This document shows, one piece after another, positions 1 through 9,906 of a DNA stretch of 64,000 nt (position 1 is its first letter; each line of letters opens with the position of its first letter). The notes beneath the pieces were generated by a model. That model did no database searches. It was given only the letters and a program-made list of their open reading frames with translations, and was not told the origin of the DNA. The stretch is from Phycisphaerae bacterium (GTDB lineage: Bacteria; Planctomycetota; Phycisphaerae; UBA1845; Fen-1342). Made by a program: the position numbers and the translations under genes. Location: contig JASFQK010000028.1 of the NCBI GenBank assembly GCA_050115495.1, positions 1-64,000 on the forward strand. Direction: 5' to 3'.

Positions 1-117
1 ACGATACGTCTGTGTTCATCCGTGAACATCGGCGAGTCCTCCTGACTAAGTCTTGCTCAATAACCAACTTAGATCAGCGAGGACTCTATTCTGTCAAGAC
101 CAAGGTTAGTACCATTG
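1..117 (-). mobile_element. Left end of a probable IS (IS4-like); partial ORF MFTDEHRRIV... starts at 29 and runs off the window
   Basis: The minus strand reads CAATGGTACTAACCTTGG (IS4-like terminus), then TTGACA, then RBS AGGAGG and ATG at 29. An imperfect hairpin at 34-86 covers the RBS. Only about 10 codons are visible. Confidence 0.45.
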
Positions 118-134
118 GGCACGGCCCACCCTAC
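116..134 (-). repeat. GTAG-type REP-like palindrome, apparently truncated by the IS end
   Basis: Minus strand GTAGGGTGGGCCGTGCCCA; similar GTAGGGCGGGC units occur at 46624 and 46701. Confidence 0.45.
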
Positions 135-565
135 TTGTTTTCTCCGGCGGGGGCGGAGGAGGGACTTGAGGGCGGCGAGACGGATCTGCGGCCCTCTGCG
201 GCGCCGCACGGCATTGTCCTTCGACCCAATGTCTCACGCTGCCACACCTCAAGCCCCCAGGCCTCACGCTGGCCAGCCCGTCGCCGCAACGCTCCCCCGC
301 CCTGCCGGTCGGCGGGAAACCGCCAAGACACCCAGGGGGCTGGCGTGAGAACGGGCGGGAGGATGCCGCTTCTCCGCCCCCGCCGGCTCGAGCGCCTTTC
401 CTTGCCCCCTCGTGTCTTCGCGTCCTGGTGGTGAACACTCATGGCTACACCATCAGCGTGGCAGCCCATTGCGGATCACGGCCCCGCCCGGACCTCGGAT
501 CGTCCGGTTGGGGGCCGGGCGGCGGGCTCCACGCCGCGCCGGCCTTCCCAATCCGACATCCGAAA

Positions 566-1210
566 TCAGGCTCGGCGCCGCAACGCGGCCGCGGCGCCGA
601 GTGTCAGTAGCGCCAAGCTGCCTGGCTCGGGCACGCCGGCTAGGATCGGCGTCTCGACCTCCGTCTCGTAGCCCCACGCGAAGGCATCCAACTTGCGCAT
701 TTCGTCGGCAGGATCGACAAACATCTCAACGCCGATCCACCCGTAGTGCAGGCCATCGGACGATGTGAAGTTCAAGGACAGGTACGTTGGAAGGCCCGCG
801 GGAAGCAATGTACCGTGATAGTCGGAATAGATGCTTCCATCATTTTTCCAGTCTATCCAGTTCCCGCTGACTGGGATCGACGTGCCTTCGTCCACCCCGA
901 AGAGAAGCGAAGTCACATCGTCCACCTGCAAACGACCAGGATAGCCTGTCCAAGCCGCCGGTGCCCGAACCACCTGCCTAGCTTGTTCAATGTTGTCCTG
1001 TCGAAACTGCCCAACATCACCGTACGCGCCTGTCTGGCTGGCTGCATCGACCGTGAGATCCAGGCCGATAAGCGAATGGTCGCCATACCAGAGGAAGTGA
1101 TTCGGGCCCTCTGGGTTCTCGAAGTACACGGGCGACGCCAGCGCCGGCGACGCCAGCAGCACGGCGGCCAGACCCGCCACGATCGCAAGACTACGTTTCG
1201 ACATGCTCAT
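566..1210 (-). CDS. PEP-CTERM sorting-domain surface protein
   Basis: Signal peptide; C-terminal VPEPGSLALLTLGAAAALRRRA; RBS AGGAGGAG upstream. Confidence 0.92.
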   Translation of the reverse strand: MSMSKRSLAIVAGLAAVLLASPALASPVYFENPEGPNHFLWYGDHSLIGLDLTVDAASQTGAYGDVGQFRQDNIEQARQVVRAPAAWTGYPGRLQVDDVTSLLFGVDEGTSIPVSGNWIDWKNDGSIYSDYHGTLLPAGLPTYLSLNFTSSDGLHYGWIGVEMFVDPADEMRKLDAFAWGYETEVETPILAGVPEPGSLALLTLGAAAALRRRA

Positions 1211-2177
1211 TCGAATCTCCTCCTAAGAAGGGAGCTATCAGCCGTCAGCTTTCAGCCATCAGCCAACAGCGAGGAAAGAAACGCTCGCCACGCGGGAACG
1301 CCCCGCATGGCCATCGCAGAATGGGCACTGGGCATTAGCCGAAAGCCCGTGCGCCGCTGCTCGTCCGAACGTCGCTGCCGCCATCCAAGATCGCCGGCAC
1401 TCGCAGCCTCGCCGGCTTGCCCCGCAGTGCGCGGGTGAGAGCGGCCCGGTAGAAGGTGAAGTCGTGCAGCGCGCGAACTGCGCCGGCGGACAACAGAAGA
1501 CAACGGCCAACAAACCCCGCCTGCCAGCGCCCGGTGCATCTCCATTGGACACGTCTCGACCTTCAAACCTCTTCACCTCCGCCAGACCCTTACCCGCTTT
1601 CGCCGGCCAGCGACCGCCCTTCGCCGCGCGCAGCACCGTCACGGGCCCAGCGCTGGTGCTGGGCATCCCGCGGGAGCACCGCGGAGCGGACGCCGAACGG
1701 CCGCCTCTACACCCCGGCCTCGTCACCGGTTCTCCGTTCCCTCTTCCGGAAACCGCCGCCCCACCCACAGGGCTGTCTCACGGCAGCGCCGCAATACGCA
1801 GGTGCGCCGGAGCCGAGTGGATATACGCCGACCGATCGCCGAACCTTAATGAGTCGCGAAAATTCCCTGCCCGAAGTGCGAAAAAGTGACCCACGAGGGC
1901 CGGCTCAATCCGGCTGCACTCGATTATGGGCCGTCCCGACAGCGCCCGAACGCTCTCTCGCCACGCCGATCCGTGTCGGGGCGCACCGGCCGGACACGAG
2001 TTAACGACTGACCGCCGCGCCGCTCCGGCGGACGCCGGCGCGGTTTTTCCGGGAAATCCGGTGGCCGTGATTAAGGTCGGCCCGCGGCGAGCGTATAGCC
2101 TCCCTAGGTACGTGCGCCCGGCACGGGCGGCCGGGCCTGAGAGCCGCGAAGGAAAACTGGATCCGAGTGTGACCGAC

Positions 2178-2870
2178 ATGGTAGAATCGGGTGACACGCG
2201 GCACGATCCGCTGGCCACATCCTCACTTCGGCGGCAAGCGTCGGGCCGCGAGAGGAGGTCGGTTGTGCTGCGCCCCCGCGAGTTCCCCGAAACCCGTGCA
2301 TCCATGCTGTCGGCCATGCGTGAGGCCGGCCAGGACTCGGCCTGGCGGACCTTCTTCGCCTGCTACGCCCCGCCCGTCTTCCGCATGGCCCGCACGCGAG
2401 GCCTCTCGCACGAGGACGCCGACGACGTGGTCCAGCAGGTGATGGTCGCCGTCGCGCGGCACATCACCGACTTCCGCTACGACCGCGATCGGGGGCGTTT
2501 TCGTAGCTGGGTTCGCACCATCACGCGCAGCAAGGTCAACGACCGCCTGCGGGCGGCCCTGCGCCGCCGTGAGCACGCGGCGGTGCCCTTCGACGAAGAA
2601 CGCGACGGCGAGATCAAAGCCGTGGACGAAGAGAGGCAATGGGGCCAGGAGTGGCTGCTCCAGGACCTTAACTGGTGCATCGAACGGGTGCGCGACGAGG
2701 TTGCCCCGCACCGCTTCGAGGCCTTCTGGCTCTACGCGATCGAGGGCCGCCCCGCCGAAGAGGTCGCCCAGCAGACCGGCATCACGGTCGGCAACGTCTA
2801 CGTCACGCGCTCGCTGATCGCCAAGCGCGTGCGGGAGCTGATGGCGGAGTTGGGAGAGGAGGAGGCTTGA
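2178..2870 (+). CDS. ECF sigma-70 factor (planctomycete STK-associated type)
   Basis: AWRTFFACYAPPVF, DADDVVQQV, GRFRSWVRTI region 2; region 4 EEVAQQTGITVGNVYVTRS. Start chosen at the internal ATG. Confidence 0.9.
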   Translation: MVESGDTRHDPLATSSLRRQASGRERRSVVLRPREFPETRASMLSAMREAGQDSAWRTFFACYAPPVFRMARTRGLSHEDADDVVQQVMVAVARHITDFRYDRDRGRFRSWVRTITRSKVNDRLRAALRRREHAAVPFDEERDGEIKAVDEERQWGQEWLLQDLNWCIERVRDEVAPHRFEAFWLYAIEGRPAEEVAQQTGITVGNVYVTRSLIAKRVRELMAELGEEEA

Positions 2871-2927
2871 GGCTTGGGGTGCGAGACCTGAAGGAAGAAC
2901 AGCGCAGCACGACACGGCGGTGGTGAA

Positions 2928-5900
2928 ATGAACGGTCGTGAGACGAAAGCCGATCCGCAATCCGAAGCCCGCAATCCGAAATCGGCATGCCCGGACGCGG
3001 CGACACTGGCGGCGTTCATTCGCGGTGAGGCGCCGGCCGAGCAGCTCGACGCGCTCGCGGCTCACCTCGACGAATGCCGCGTCTGCCGCGAGCGCTGCGA
3101 GCGTGACCCCGAACAACTCGCCTTCGACGACAACCTGCGTTGGGCCGATCAGGCTGGGCGCGAAGTGCAGACCGACGTCTCGATTCCGTTGCGGCAGTTC
3201 CGCGAAGCACTGCCCGAGTACGAAGTCATCCGCGAGATCGGCCGCGGCGGCATGGGCATCGTTTTCGAGGCTCGCCACGTGACGCTGAACCGGCCGGTCG
3301 CGCTCAAGGTGCTGCCGGCCCTGCTGCGGGCCGTTCGCGAGGGGGCCGCCGACCGGTTCAAACGCGAGGCCGAGCTGACCGGCCGGCTCAAGCACAACAA
3401 CATCATCAGCGTCTACGATTACGGCGAGCTCGACGGCACCTGCTACTACACCATGGACCTGGTCACCGGCCGCACGCTCAAGGACGTGTTGGAGGAGATC
3501 GAGCAGACCGGCGCCATCGACGTGGTGATCGGGAACGGCTCCGGCAGCGGGAGCAAGGCAACCCTTGACTCGCCGCCGTCTCGCGAAGCGAGCCCCGTCG
3601 CAACGCGACGGCCGGCTTCGCCGGAGGCGGCGTCTCAAGAGCAACAAGGCAACGTGATAACGAGTGATTCCGGAATCGCTGACCTCAAGCCGCAAGCCGC
3701 AAGCCTTCCTCTGACCCGTCTGGGTTCTTCGTCCGCCGCCGACAAGGCCTACTATCGCCGCGTGGCCGAGTGGATGGCCGAGATCGCCGAAGCCGTGCAG
3801 TACGCGCACGAGCAGGGCGTCATTCACCGCGACATCAAGCCGTCCAACCTGATGCTGACCGACGGCGGCCGGATCATGATCACCGACTTCGGCCTGGCGC
3901 GGGCGGTCGATCACAGCGGCGTGACCGCCAGCCGGGCGCTGCTGGGCACGGCCCGCTACATGAGCCCCGAGCAGGCCGACTCGCGGCTGGGACCGATCGA
4001 CGCCAAGACCGACATCTACGCGTTGGGCGCTACGATGTACGAGTTGCTGGCCTTTCGACCGCTCTTCACCGGCCGCGATGACCCCGAGGTCATCCAACGG
4101 CTCCTGCACAGCGAACCCGCGCCGCCGCGGCGGTTCGTGCGGCAGGTGCCGCGTGAGCTGGAGACGATCTGTTTGAAGTCGGTCGAGAAGCAGCGCGGCA
4201 ACCGCTACGATTCCGCCCAGGCCCTGGCCGACGACTTGCGCCGCTGGTTGCTGGATTTGCCTATTCACGCTCGGAGGCCATCGCTGCCGGCGCGCGTCGG
4301 CAAGTTCGTGCGGCGCCGGAGGCTCCCGATGTCGCTGGGGGCGGCGCTGTTGCTCACCCTGGTGGTCACCGCAATCCTGTTCACCAGGTATCGCAGCGCA
4401 TCGCAAGAGAAGATGGCCATCCAGACACAGGCTGACTCACGCGCGGTCCAGGTGTTGCTGTACGAGGCCAAGGCCGACCTGTTCCACAAGGGCCGCTACG
4501 CGGAGGCGCTGGCCAAGTTTGACGAGGCCCTGGCGATCGAACCGGACTCGGTGACGCTGCTCATGAACCGCGCCGAGGCTTTGCGCCATCTGAAACGCCA
4601 CGCGGAGGCGGTCGCCTGCATGGAAGAGGCGTTGCATCTGGAGCCGGGCAACTGGAAAATCCACTTCCACGTGGGCCGTGCCTATGAGGACCTGCCTGAC
4701 GAGAAGAAGTCCGCCGACCACTACCGGCAGGCCGAGCGGCTCAACCCCGACCCAGCCGAAGCGCTCTGCGTTCGCGCCAAGCTCGCGGATGATCCGCAGC
4801 AGGCCGTCGAGTTGCTCACGCAGGCCCTCGATCTCAAACCCAGTGACACGGCTTTCCTGACGGACCGCGCGTGGCGCTACTACGCGCTCGGTGAGCACGA
4901 CGCCATGTTAATGGACGTTCAGCAGTTGGCCGGGGCGCACCCGAACTGGGCGTTCGTGCAGGCGCTGCGCGGCCTTGCACTGTTCAACCTCGGCCGCTAC
5001 GCCGAAGCCGAGCGAGCTTACAGCCGAGCGATCGAGTTGGACCCGGAGTGGCCGACCGTGTGGACCAACCGCAGCGCCTGCCGCGCAATGACCGGCCGCT
5101 TCGCCGAGGCGCTGGCCGACGCCGGCGAGGAGCTCCGCCGCGACCCACAGTACGCCCCGGCGTATTTCAACCGGTGCCGGGCGCGCCGCGGGCTGGGCGA
5201 TCTCGACGAAGCGCTCGCGGATTGCGAGCGGGCGATCCGGCTGGACCCGACCAACGTCCGCTTTCACAGCGAGCGCGGCTACCTGTTCGGCCAGATGGGC
5301 CGTTGGCAGGATTCCGCCGACGCCTACGGCTGCGCGATCCAGCTCGATTCCAACAGCGTTTCCGACTACGGCAGCCGCGGCGTCGCGTTTCTGGAGAGCA
5401 AGCAGTACGATCGGGCCGTCGCGGACTTCACGCGTTGCATCGAGCTCTCCCCCGACGACGTGCGTCCCTATCAGAGCCGAGCGTTCGCGTATCACTTCTC
5501 GCAGCGGTTCGAGCAGGCCATCGCCGACTACACCCGCGCCGTGCAAATGGATCCGGATTACGCCGAAGGCTACAACAACCGCTCGGATTGCCTGATGCGG
5601 CTGGGGCGCTACGCGGAGGCGGCCGCCGATCTGACGCAGCTGATGACCATGCGCTCGAGTCCTAGCGATCGCATGCAACGCGGCTGCGCATATGAGCTGG
5701 CCGGCGATGCGGACGCGGCTCTGGCCGATTACGCCGCGGCGCTCGGGGAACCCGGCCCGGTCGGACAGTACGCTCGGCTGTGGCAATACCTGCTGCTGCA
5801 ACAGACCGGCCGGACGCAGGCCGCGGCGGAGGTGCTTGCGACACACGTCGCCGGCGCGGCGGACAACGCCTGGACCGACCGCGTGTTCGAGTTGCTCGCG

Positions 5901-6137
5901 GGCGACCTGATGCCCGAGGGCTTCCTGGCCGCGGTCGCGACCGAAGAGGAGCGGGCCGAGGCGTATTACTACGTCGGCCGCCGGGCACTGCTCAACGGCG
6001 ACCAGGCCGCCGCCCACACCGCGTTTGAAGCGTGCCTAGCCCTCAACCGCGACGGCGTCACTGAAGTCGACTTCGCCCGGGCGTTACTGGACCGGCTGCG
6101 TCTCAGCGGTCACGGCATCGATGAGGAGCGCCCGTAG
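2928..6137 (+). CDS. Membrane Ser/Thr protein kinase with N-terminal HxxxCxxC zinc motif and C-terminal TPR array
   Basis: GRGGMGIV, VALK, HRDIKPSN, DFGLA, YMSPEQ; HLDECRVC; one TM helix followed by many TPRs. Confidence 0.95.
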   Translation: MNGRETKADPQSEARNPKSACPDAATLAAFIRGEAPAEQLDALAAHLDECRVCRERCERDPEQLAFDDNLRWADQAGREVQTDVSIPLRQFREALPEYEVIREIGRGGMGIVFEARHVTLNRPVALKVLPALLRAVREGAADRFKREAELTGRLKHNNIISVYDYGELDGTCYYTMDLVTGRTLKDVLEEIEQTGAIDVVIGNGSGSGSKATLDSPPSREASPVATRRPASPEAASQEQQGNVITSDSGIADLKPQAASLPLTRLGSSSAADKAYYRRVAEWMAEIAEAVQYAHEQGVIHRDIKPSNLMLTDGGRIMITDFGLARAVDHSGVTASRALLGTARYMSPEQADSRLGPIDAKTDIYALGATMYELLAFRPLFTGRDDPEVIQRLLHSEPAPPRRFVRQVPRELETICLKSVEKQRGNRYDSAQALADDLRRWLLDLPIHARRPSLPARVGKFVRRRRLPMSLGAALLLTLVVTAILFTRYRSASQEKMAIQTQADSRAVQVLLYEAKADLFHKGRYAEALAKFDEALAIEPDSVTLLMNRAEALRHLKRHAEAVACMEEALHLEPGNWKIHFHVGRAYEDLPDEKKSADHYRQAERLNPDPAEALCVRAKLADDPQQAVELLTQALDLKPSDTAFLTDRAWRYYALGEHDAMLMDVQQLAGAHPNWAFVQALRGLALFNLGRYAEAERAYSRAIELDPEWPTVWTNRSACRAMTGRFAEALADAGEELRRDPQYAPAYFNRCRARRGLGDLDEALADCERAIRLDPTNVRFHSERGYLFGQMGRWQDSADAYGCAIQLDSNSVSDYGSRGVAFLESKQYDRAVADFTRCIELSPDDVRPYQSRAFAYHFSQRFEQAIADYTRAVQMDPDYAEGYNNRSDCLMRLGRYAEAAADLTQLMTMRSSPSDRMQRGCAYELAGDADAALADYAAALGEPGPVGQYARLWQYLLLQQTGRTQAAAEVLATHVAGAADNAWTDRVFELLAGDLMPEGFLAAVATEEERAEAYYYVGRRALLNGDQAAAHTAFEACLALNRDGVTEVDFARALLDRLRLSGHGIDEERP

Positions 6138-6140
6138 GTA

Positions 6141-7594
6141 GTCGTTCCTGAAGGAGTATAAAAACGCGTTGGCTGTTGGCTGAAGAGGCACATGGTGGCG
6201 TGTAAACTTTGCCGGGAAATCAGGGACAAACCCCCGAAACCTTGCAAAGTTGAACGGACTCATGAAGCCCAAACCACAGCCCACAGACGCCTTTCAGCTC
6301 TTCCAGGCCCACTTCAAGCAGATCCTCAACCGCGAGCATCCGCTCATCCAGTTGGCGGACCGGATCGACTGGCCGCGTTTTGACGCCGCCTTCGCCGACT
6401 GCTACAGCGAAGACCTCGGCGCGCCGGCCAAGGCGACGCGGCTGATGGTCGGGCTGGCGTACCTCAAGTACACCTTCGACGAATCGGACGAGTCGGTCGT
6501 CGCACGCTGGGTCGAGAACCTCTACTGGCAGTACTTCTGCGGCTTCACGCACATGCAGCATGAAGCCCCCATCGATCCCAGCAGCCTGAGCCGCTGGCGC
6601 AAACGCGTCGGCGCCGAACGACTGGCGTTGCTGCTCAAAGAGACGGTCGAACTGGCCGTGCGTGAGAAGCACCTGCCGAAGCAGGACTTGCGGCAGGTGA
6701 CCGTGGACATCACCTACCCCACCGACTCGAAGCTGCTCTACACGGCGATCGGCAAGCTGGGCCGAGCGGCCCGGGCGTACGGCGTCACGCTGCGTCAGTC
6801 GTACATTCGGGTGGGCAAACACGCCGCGACGAAGGTCAGCCGTTACGCCCACGCCAAGCAGTTCCGCCGCATGCGGCGGGAGTTGCGACGGCTGCGGACC
6901 TGGGTGGGCCGGTTGATCCGGGACATTCGGCGAAAAGCGGGCGAGGTGCCGGAGGATCTGGAGGAGATCCTGGCCAGGGCGGAGTGGATTCGACAGCAGC
7001 AGCCGTCGGATTCGCACAGGCTGTACAGTTGGCACGAGCCGCAGGTGCAGTGCCTCAGCAAGGGCCAAGGCCCGCCAGCGGTACGAGTTCGGCCAGAAGG
7101 TGGCGGTGGCGACGACGAACCGCAGCAACTGGATCGTGGCGGCCAAGTTGCTGGAGAACAATCCGTACGACGGGCACACGCTGGCCGAGACCCTGGCGGC
7201 AGCCGAGTCGATCACCGGCGTGGAGATTGCCGACGCGTACGTGGACAAGGGGTACCGTGGCCACGGCTGTCGCGGTTCGACGGCGGTCCATATTGCCGGG
7301 ACGCGTTCAAAGCACCTTCCCCGCAGTGAGCGGCGACGCCGGCGGCGTCGCAGTGCGATCGAGCCGAAGATCGGGCATCTCAAGAGTGGTCATCGGGTAC
7401 GGCGGTGCTTCCTGAGCGGGCTGGCCAGCGACGCAATCAACATTGTCCTGGCCGCGGCGGCGGCCAATCTCCGCAAGTTGCTCCGGCAGCTTTGCCACGT
7501 GCTGCTCGACTGGCTCCTCCACCAGTTCAACCTGACCCACCCCGCCCGCTCCCAGCGGGTCCACGCCACCTGAGCCGACTTCTTCAGGGACGAC
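6141..7594 (+). mobile_element. IS5-family insertion sequence with terminal inverted repeats
   Basis: GTCGTTCCTGAAGGAGT (6141-6157) versus ACTTCTTCAGGGACGAC (7578-7594), 2 mismatches; TA on both flanks; encloses a transposase. Confidence 0.88.
6250..7573 (+). pseudogene. IS5-family transposase, frameshifted
   Basis: RLMVGLAYLKY...RWVENLYWQYFCG in the first frame. An extra C at about 7065 breaks CLSKG|KARQRYEFGQKV. The second frame carries YVDKGYRG and RRSAIEPKIGHLK. Confidence 0.88.
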
Positions 7595-7596
7595 TA

Positions 7597-7890
7597 GCGA
7601 GATGGAATTGCGGCGAGGAGGACGAGTACATCTACTTCCACGACGCCCAGGGCAATGTGGGGCAGGTGGTCGGCTGGACCGACGACTTCGGCGAGGCCAG
7701 CGGCTCGGCGTGGGACGCCAACCGGCTGGTGGCGACCTACGAATACGCCCCGTACGGCGAGATCCTGGCCTCTTCCGGCGACTTCGCCGCCGTGAACCCG
7801 TTCCGCTTCAGCACCAAGTACTGGGACGACGAGACGGGATTCGGGTACTGGGGCTTCCGGTACTATGACCCGAGAACCGGACGGTGGACG
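7597..7890 (+). pseudogene. Orphan Rhs repeat-associated core fragment
   Basis: YFHDAQGNVGQV...YEYAPYGE...NPFRFSTKYWDDETGFGYWGFRYYDPRTGRW. No start codon, and similarity ends before the DPxG motif. Confidence 0.82.
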
Positions 7891-8069
7891 AGGCTTAACG
7901 GTGGACCGGGCATCACACACCGACAGGCAAGTAGGTTGCATAGACTGTGACTGTGCAACCTGAATCGATCACGGTCGCCGACGGCGTTCCTGGAGCCTCT
8001 GGAGCGCCCCGGCTGCAGCCATAAAATGCACGCACTCGGGGCGGCGGCCCCGTTTATGGATGGTGCGAA

Positions 8070-9380
8070 ATGCCGCGTGACGACACCCCCGAGCAAGCCC
8101 TGCGCGCCGCATCCTGGCAACGCGTACGCGATGACTTCGAACGGCTCGCATCGAAGCCGTTTGTCTCGCTTGTTGCGCTGGTCACGGACGGCGATGCCGA
8201 CCCTTCGGCGTTCCTTCGCGAGCTAGCCGCCCGCGAGAATCGGGTACACTGGCAAGGCACGGTGATTCGACCCGTGGACGGCCAACCCGACGAATACGAG
8301 CCGGTGCCGGATTCGCACCGCCTGTTCGGCTTTGGCGAGCCGGAAGCGTGGGGAGCGTTTCGCGCGGCAGCCATGCGGGCGGGCGTGTTGGCGAAGGCGG
8401 TCCCCGAGCACTTGTTGTCGGCGAGCGTGCGCAACCGCATAGACGACCCGGACCGGTGGGCGTGGGCGCTGGTCGAAATCGGCTGGCGGAAGCTCGATTC
8501 CGTCCCGTTCCGCGCCGAACGGTGGGTTCACGATGACGGCGGCGCGGTTCAGCTCGAATTGGCCCGCGCGACGGGGCTGTACCGGGGCTGGTACTACTCG
8601 GAAATCGGCGACGCCGTCTCGGCGTCTATCGACGTCGTGGACGTACTGCGGACGATGGAGCGCGCCGCGAATCAGACGCCGGCGGATAGCCCCGCGGTGC
8701 GACTCGGCGCGGGCGCGGCGTTCATGCGGGCAGTGGAGGATGATCCGCAAGCACAAGCGGCGTTGAAGTGGGCACAAGCTCGGCTTCGCGCTTTTGCCGA
8801 AGCGCTGAAGGACGCTGAAGTCCAGCGCGAGCTTGAGCGCTCGCGACGCGAACAGGAACAGGCGTTTGAGGCGCTGGCCAACGCGATCCGGGAATCAGTG
8901 CGGGCCGCGCAACAGGACCTTGGGGACTTGGGCTTCATGCCCCCGGAGACACTCGACGATTGGGAGCACCTGGCACGTGTGGTGGAAATTCCCTTCGAGA
9001 CGATTAAGGCCGGGGACTTCTCCTCGCGCGACGTATACGTTATGGCGCTGGCGTGGATGGACCGGCAACGAATGCTGTCACAGCTCAAGCGCAACGGAGA
9101 CACCCCACAGCCGCAAGCTGCAAGCGCGCGCACGGCTGCGGGCCGCCGCGCGTACACCGTAGCCGCGCTGCGCGATATGACGGGGTTGGGAAACAACGCA
9201 CTCAACCGCTATGCGAAGACGGCGAACGTGACGACGCCGCGGCGGGGCGAACGGGACTTCAAGTACACGCTCGCCGACGTACGCGCGATCCTGGGGACAA
9301 TCATCGCGAGCACGGCGGAAGACGGGCTGCGCAACAGGTGCAAAACCGCGCTGCTAAATCTACCGGAAATCGCCGAATAA
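8070..9380 (+). CDS. Hypothetical protein with probable C-terminal MerR-like HTH
   Basis: 436-aa ORF; C-terminal YTVAALRDMTGLGNNALNRYA...KYTLADVRAIL. Confidence 0.6.
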   Translation: MPRDDTPEQALRAASWQRVRDDFERLASKPFVSLVALVTDGDADPSAFLRELAARENRVHWQGTVIRPVDGQPDEYEPVPDSHRLFGFGEPEAWGAFRAAAMRAGVLAKAVPEHLLSASVRNRIDDPDRWAWALVEIGWRKLDSVPFRAERWVHDDGGAVQLELARATGLYRGWYYSEIGDAVSASIDVVDVLRTMERAANQTPADSPAVRLGAGAAFMRAVEDDPQAQAALKWAQARLRAFAEALKDAEVQRELERSRREQEQAFEALANAIRESVRAAQQDLGDLGFMPPETLDDWEHLARVVEIPFETIKAGDFSSRDVYVMALAWMDRQRMLSQLKRNGDTPQPQAASARTAAGRRAYTVAALRDMTGLGNNALNRYAKTANVTTPRRGERDFKYTLADVRAILGTIIASTAEDGLRNRCKTALLNLPEIAE

Positions 9381-9455
9381 TCGGCTAATCGGCATCATAT
9401 CCCCCGGGGCCGGAACGCCCTTTCTCCCGCTCTTTTCCCTTGCAAATACAAGGGT

Positions 9456-9674
9456 ATGAGCAACACACAAACACCCGAACTGTTCCTTCCCCTGCGTCGC
9501 GCGGCGGCGCGGCTCGGCGTGCCCGCGGCATGGTTGCGCGCCGAAGCACACGCCGGCCGCGTGCCGCACCTGCGCGTCGGAAGGCGACTGCTGTTCAACC
9601 CCGCCGCGGTCGAAACCGTCCTATTGGACCGCGCCGCACAGGAGGCGAAAGGAAGCGCTGATGCCCACGAGTAA
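9456..9674 (+). CDS. Excisionase-like HTH protein
   Basis: LRRAAARLGVPAAWLRAEAHAGRVPHLRVGRRLLFNPAAV. Confidence 0.8.
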   Translation: MSNTQTPELFLPLRRAAARLGVPAAWLRAEAHAGRVPHLRVGRRLLFNPAAVETVLLDRAAQEAKGSADAHE

Positions 9675-9906
9675 TGGCGAACTGGACCTGAACACAAAGC
9701 CGGACGACGCGAGCGCGGCGCCCCGGCCGGCGCTGCGGCCGAAGGATGCGACGAAGGCGCTGGGCATCGGCCCGCGGCTGCTGTGGTCGATGACGAACCG
9801 CGGCGAAATCCCGCACGTGCGCTTGGGGCGGGCGGTGGTCTACCCCGTCGATGAACTGCGCCGCTGGCTGGCGGAACAGGCGCAGAAGAAAGGGGGCCGC
9901 CGTTGA
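9661..9906 (+). CDS. Excisionase/AlpA-like HTH protein
   Basis: LRPKDATKALGIGPRLLWSMTNRGEIPHVRLGRAVVYPVDELRRWL; overlaps both neighbours. Confidence 0.85.
   Translation: MPTSNGELDLNTKPDDASAAPRPALRPKDATKALGIGPRLLWSMTNRGEIPHVRLGRAVVYPVDELRRWLAEQAQKKGGRR

Noticed and set aside
1540..1770. Possible cobalamin riboswitch upstream of the PEP-CTERM gene (minus strand AAGAGGGAA...GGTG...GGGTAAGG...GAGACGTG)
   Set aside because: The core CCCGCAACTGT and GCCACTG elements are missing and the spacing is off; an Rfam scan would be needed.
7050..7080. Programmed frameshift in the IS5 transposase
   Set aside because: There is no slippery A-run or heptamer. A single extra C in a conserved motif plus a second lesion indicates decay or a sequencing error.
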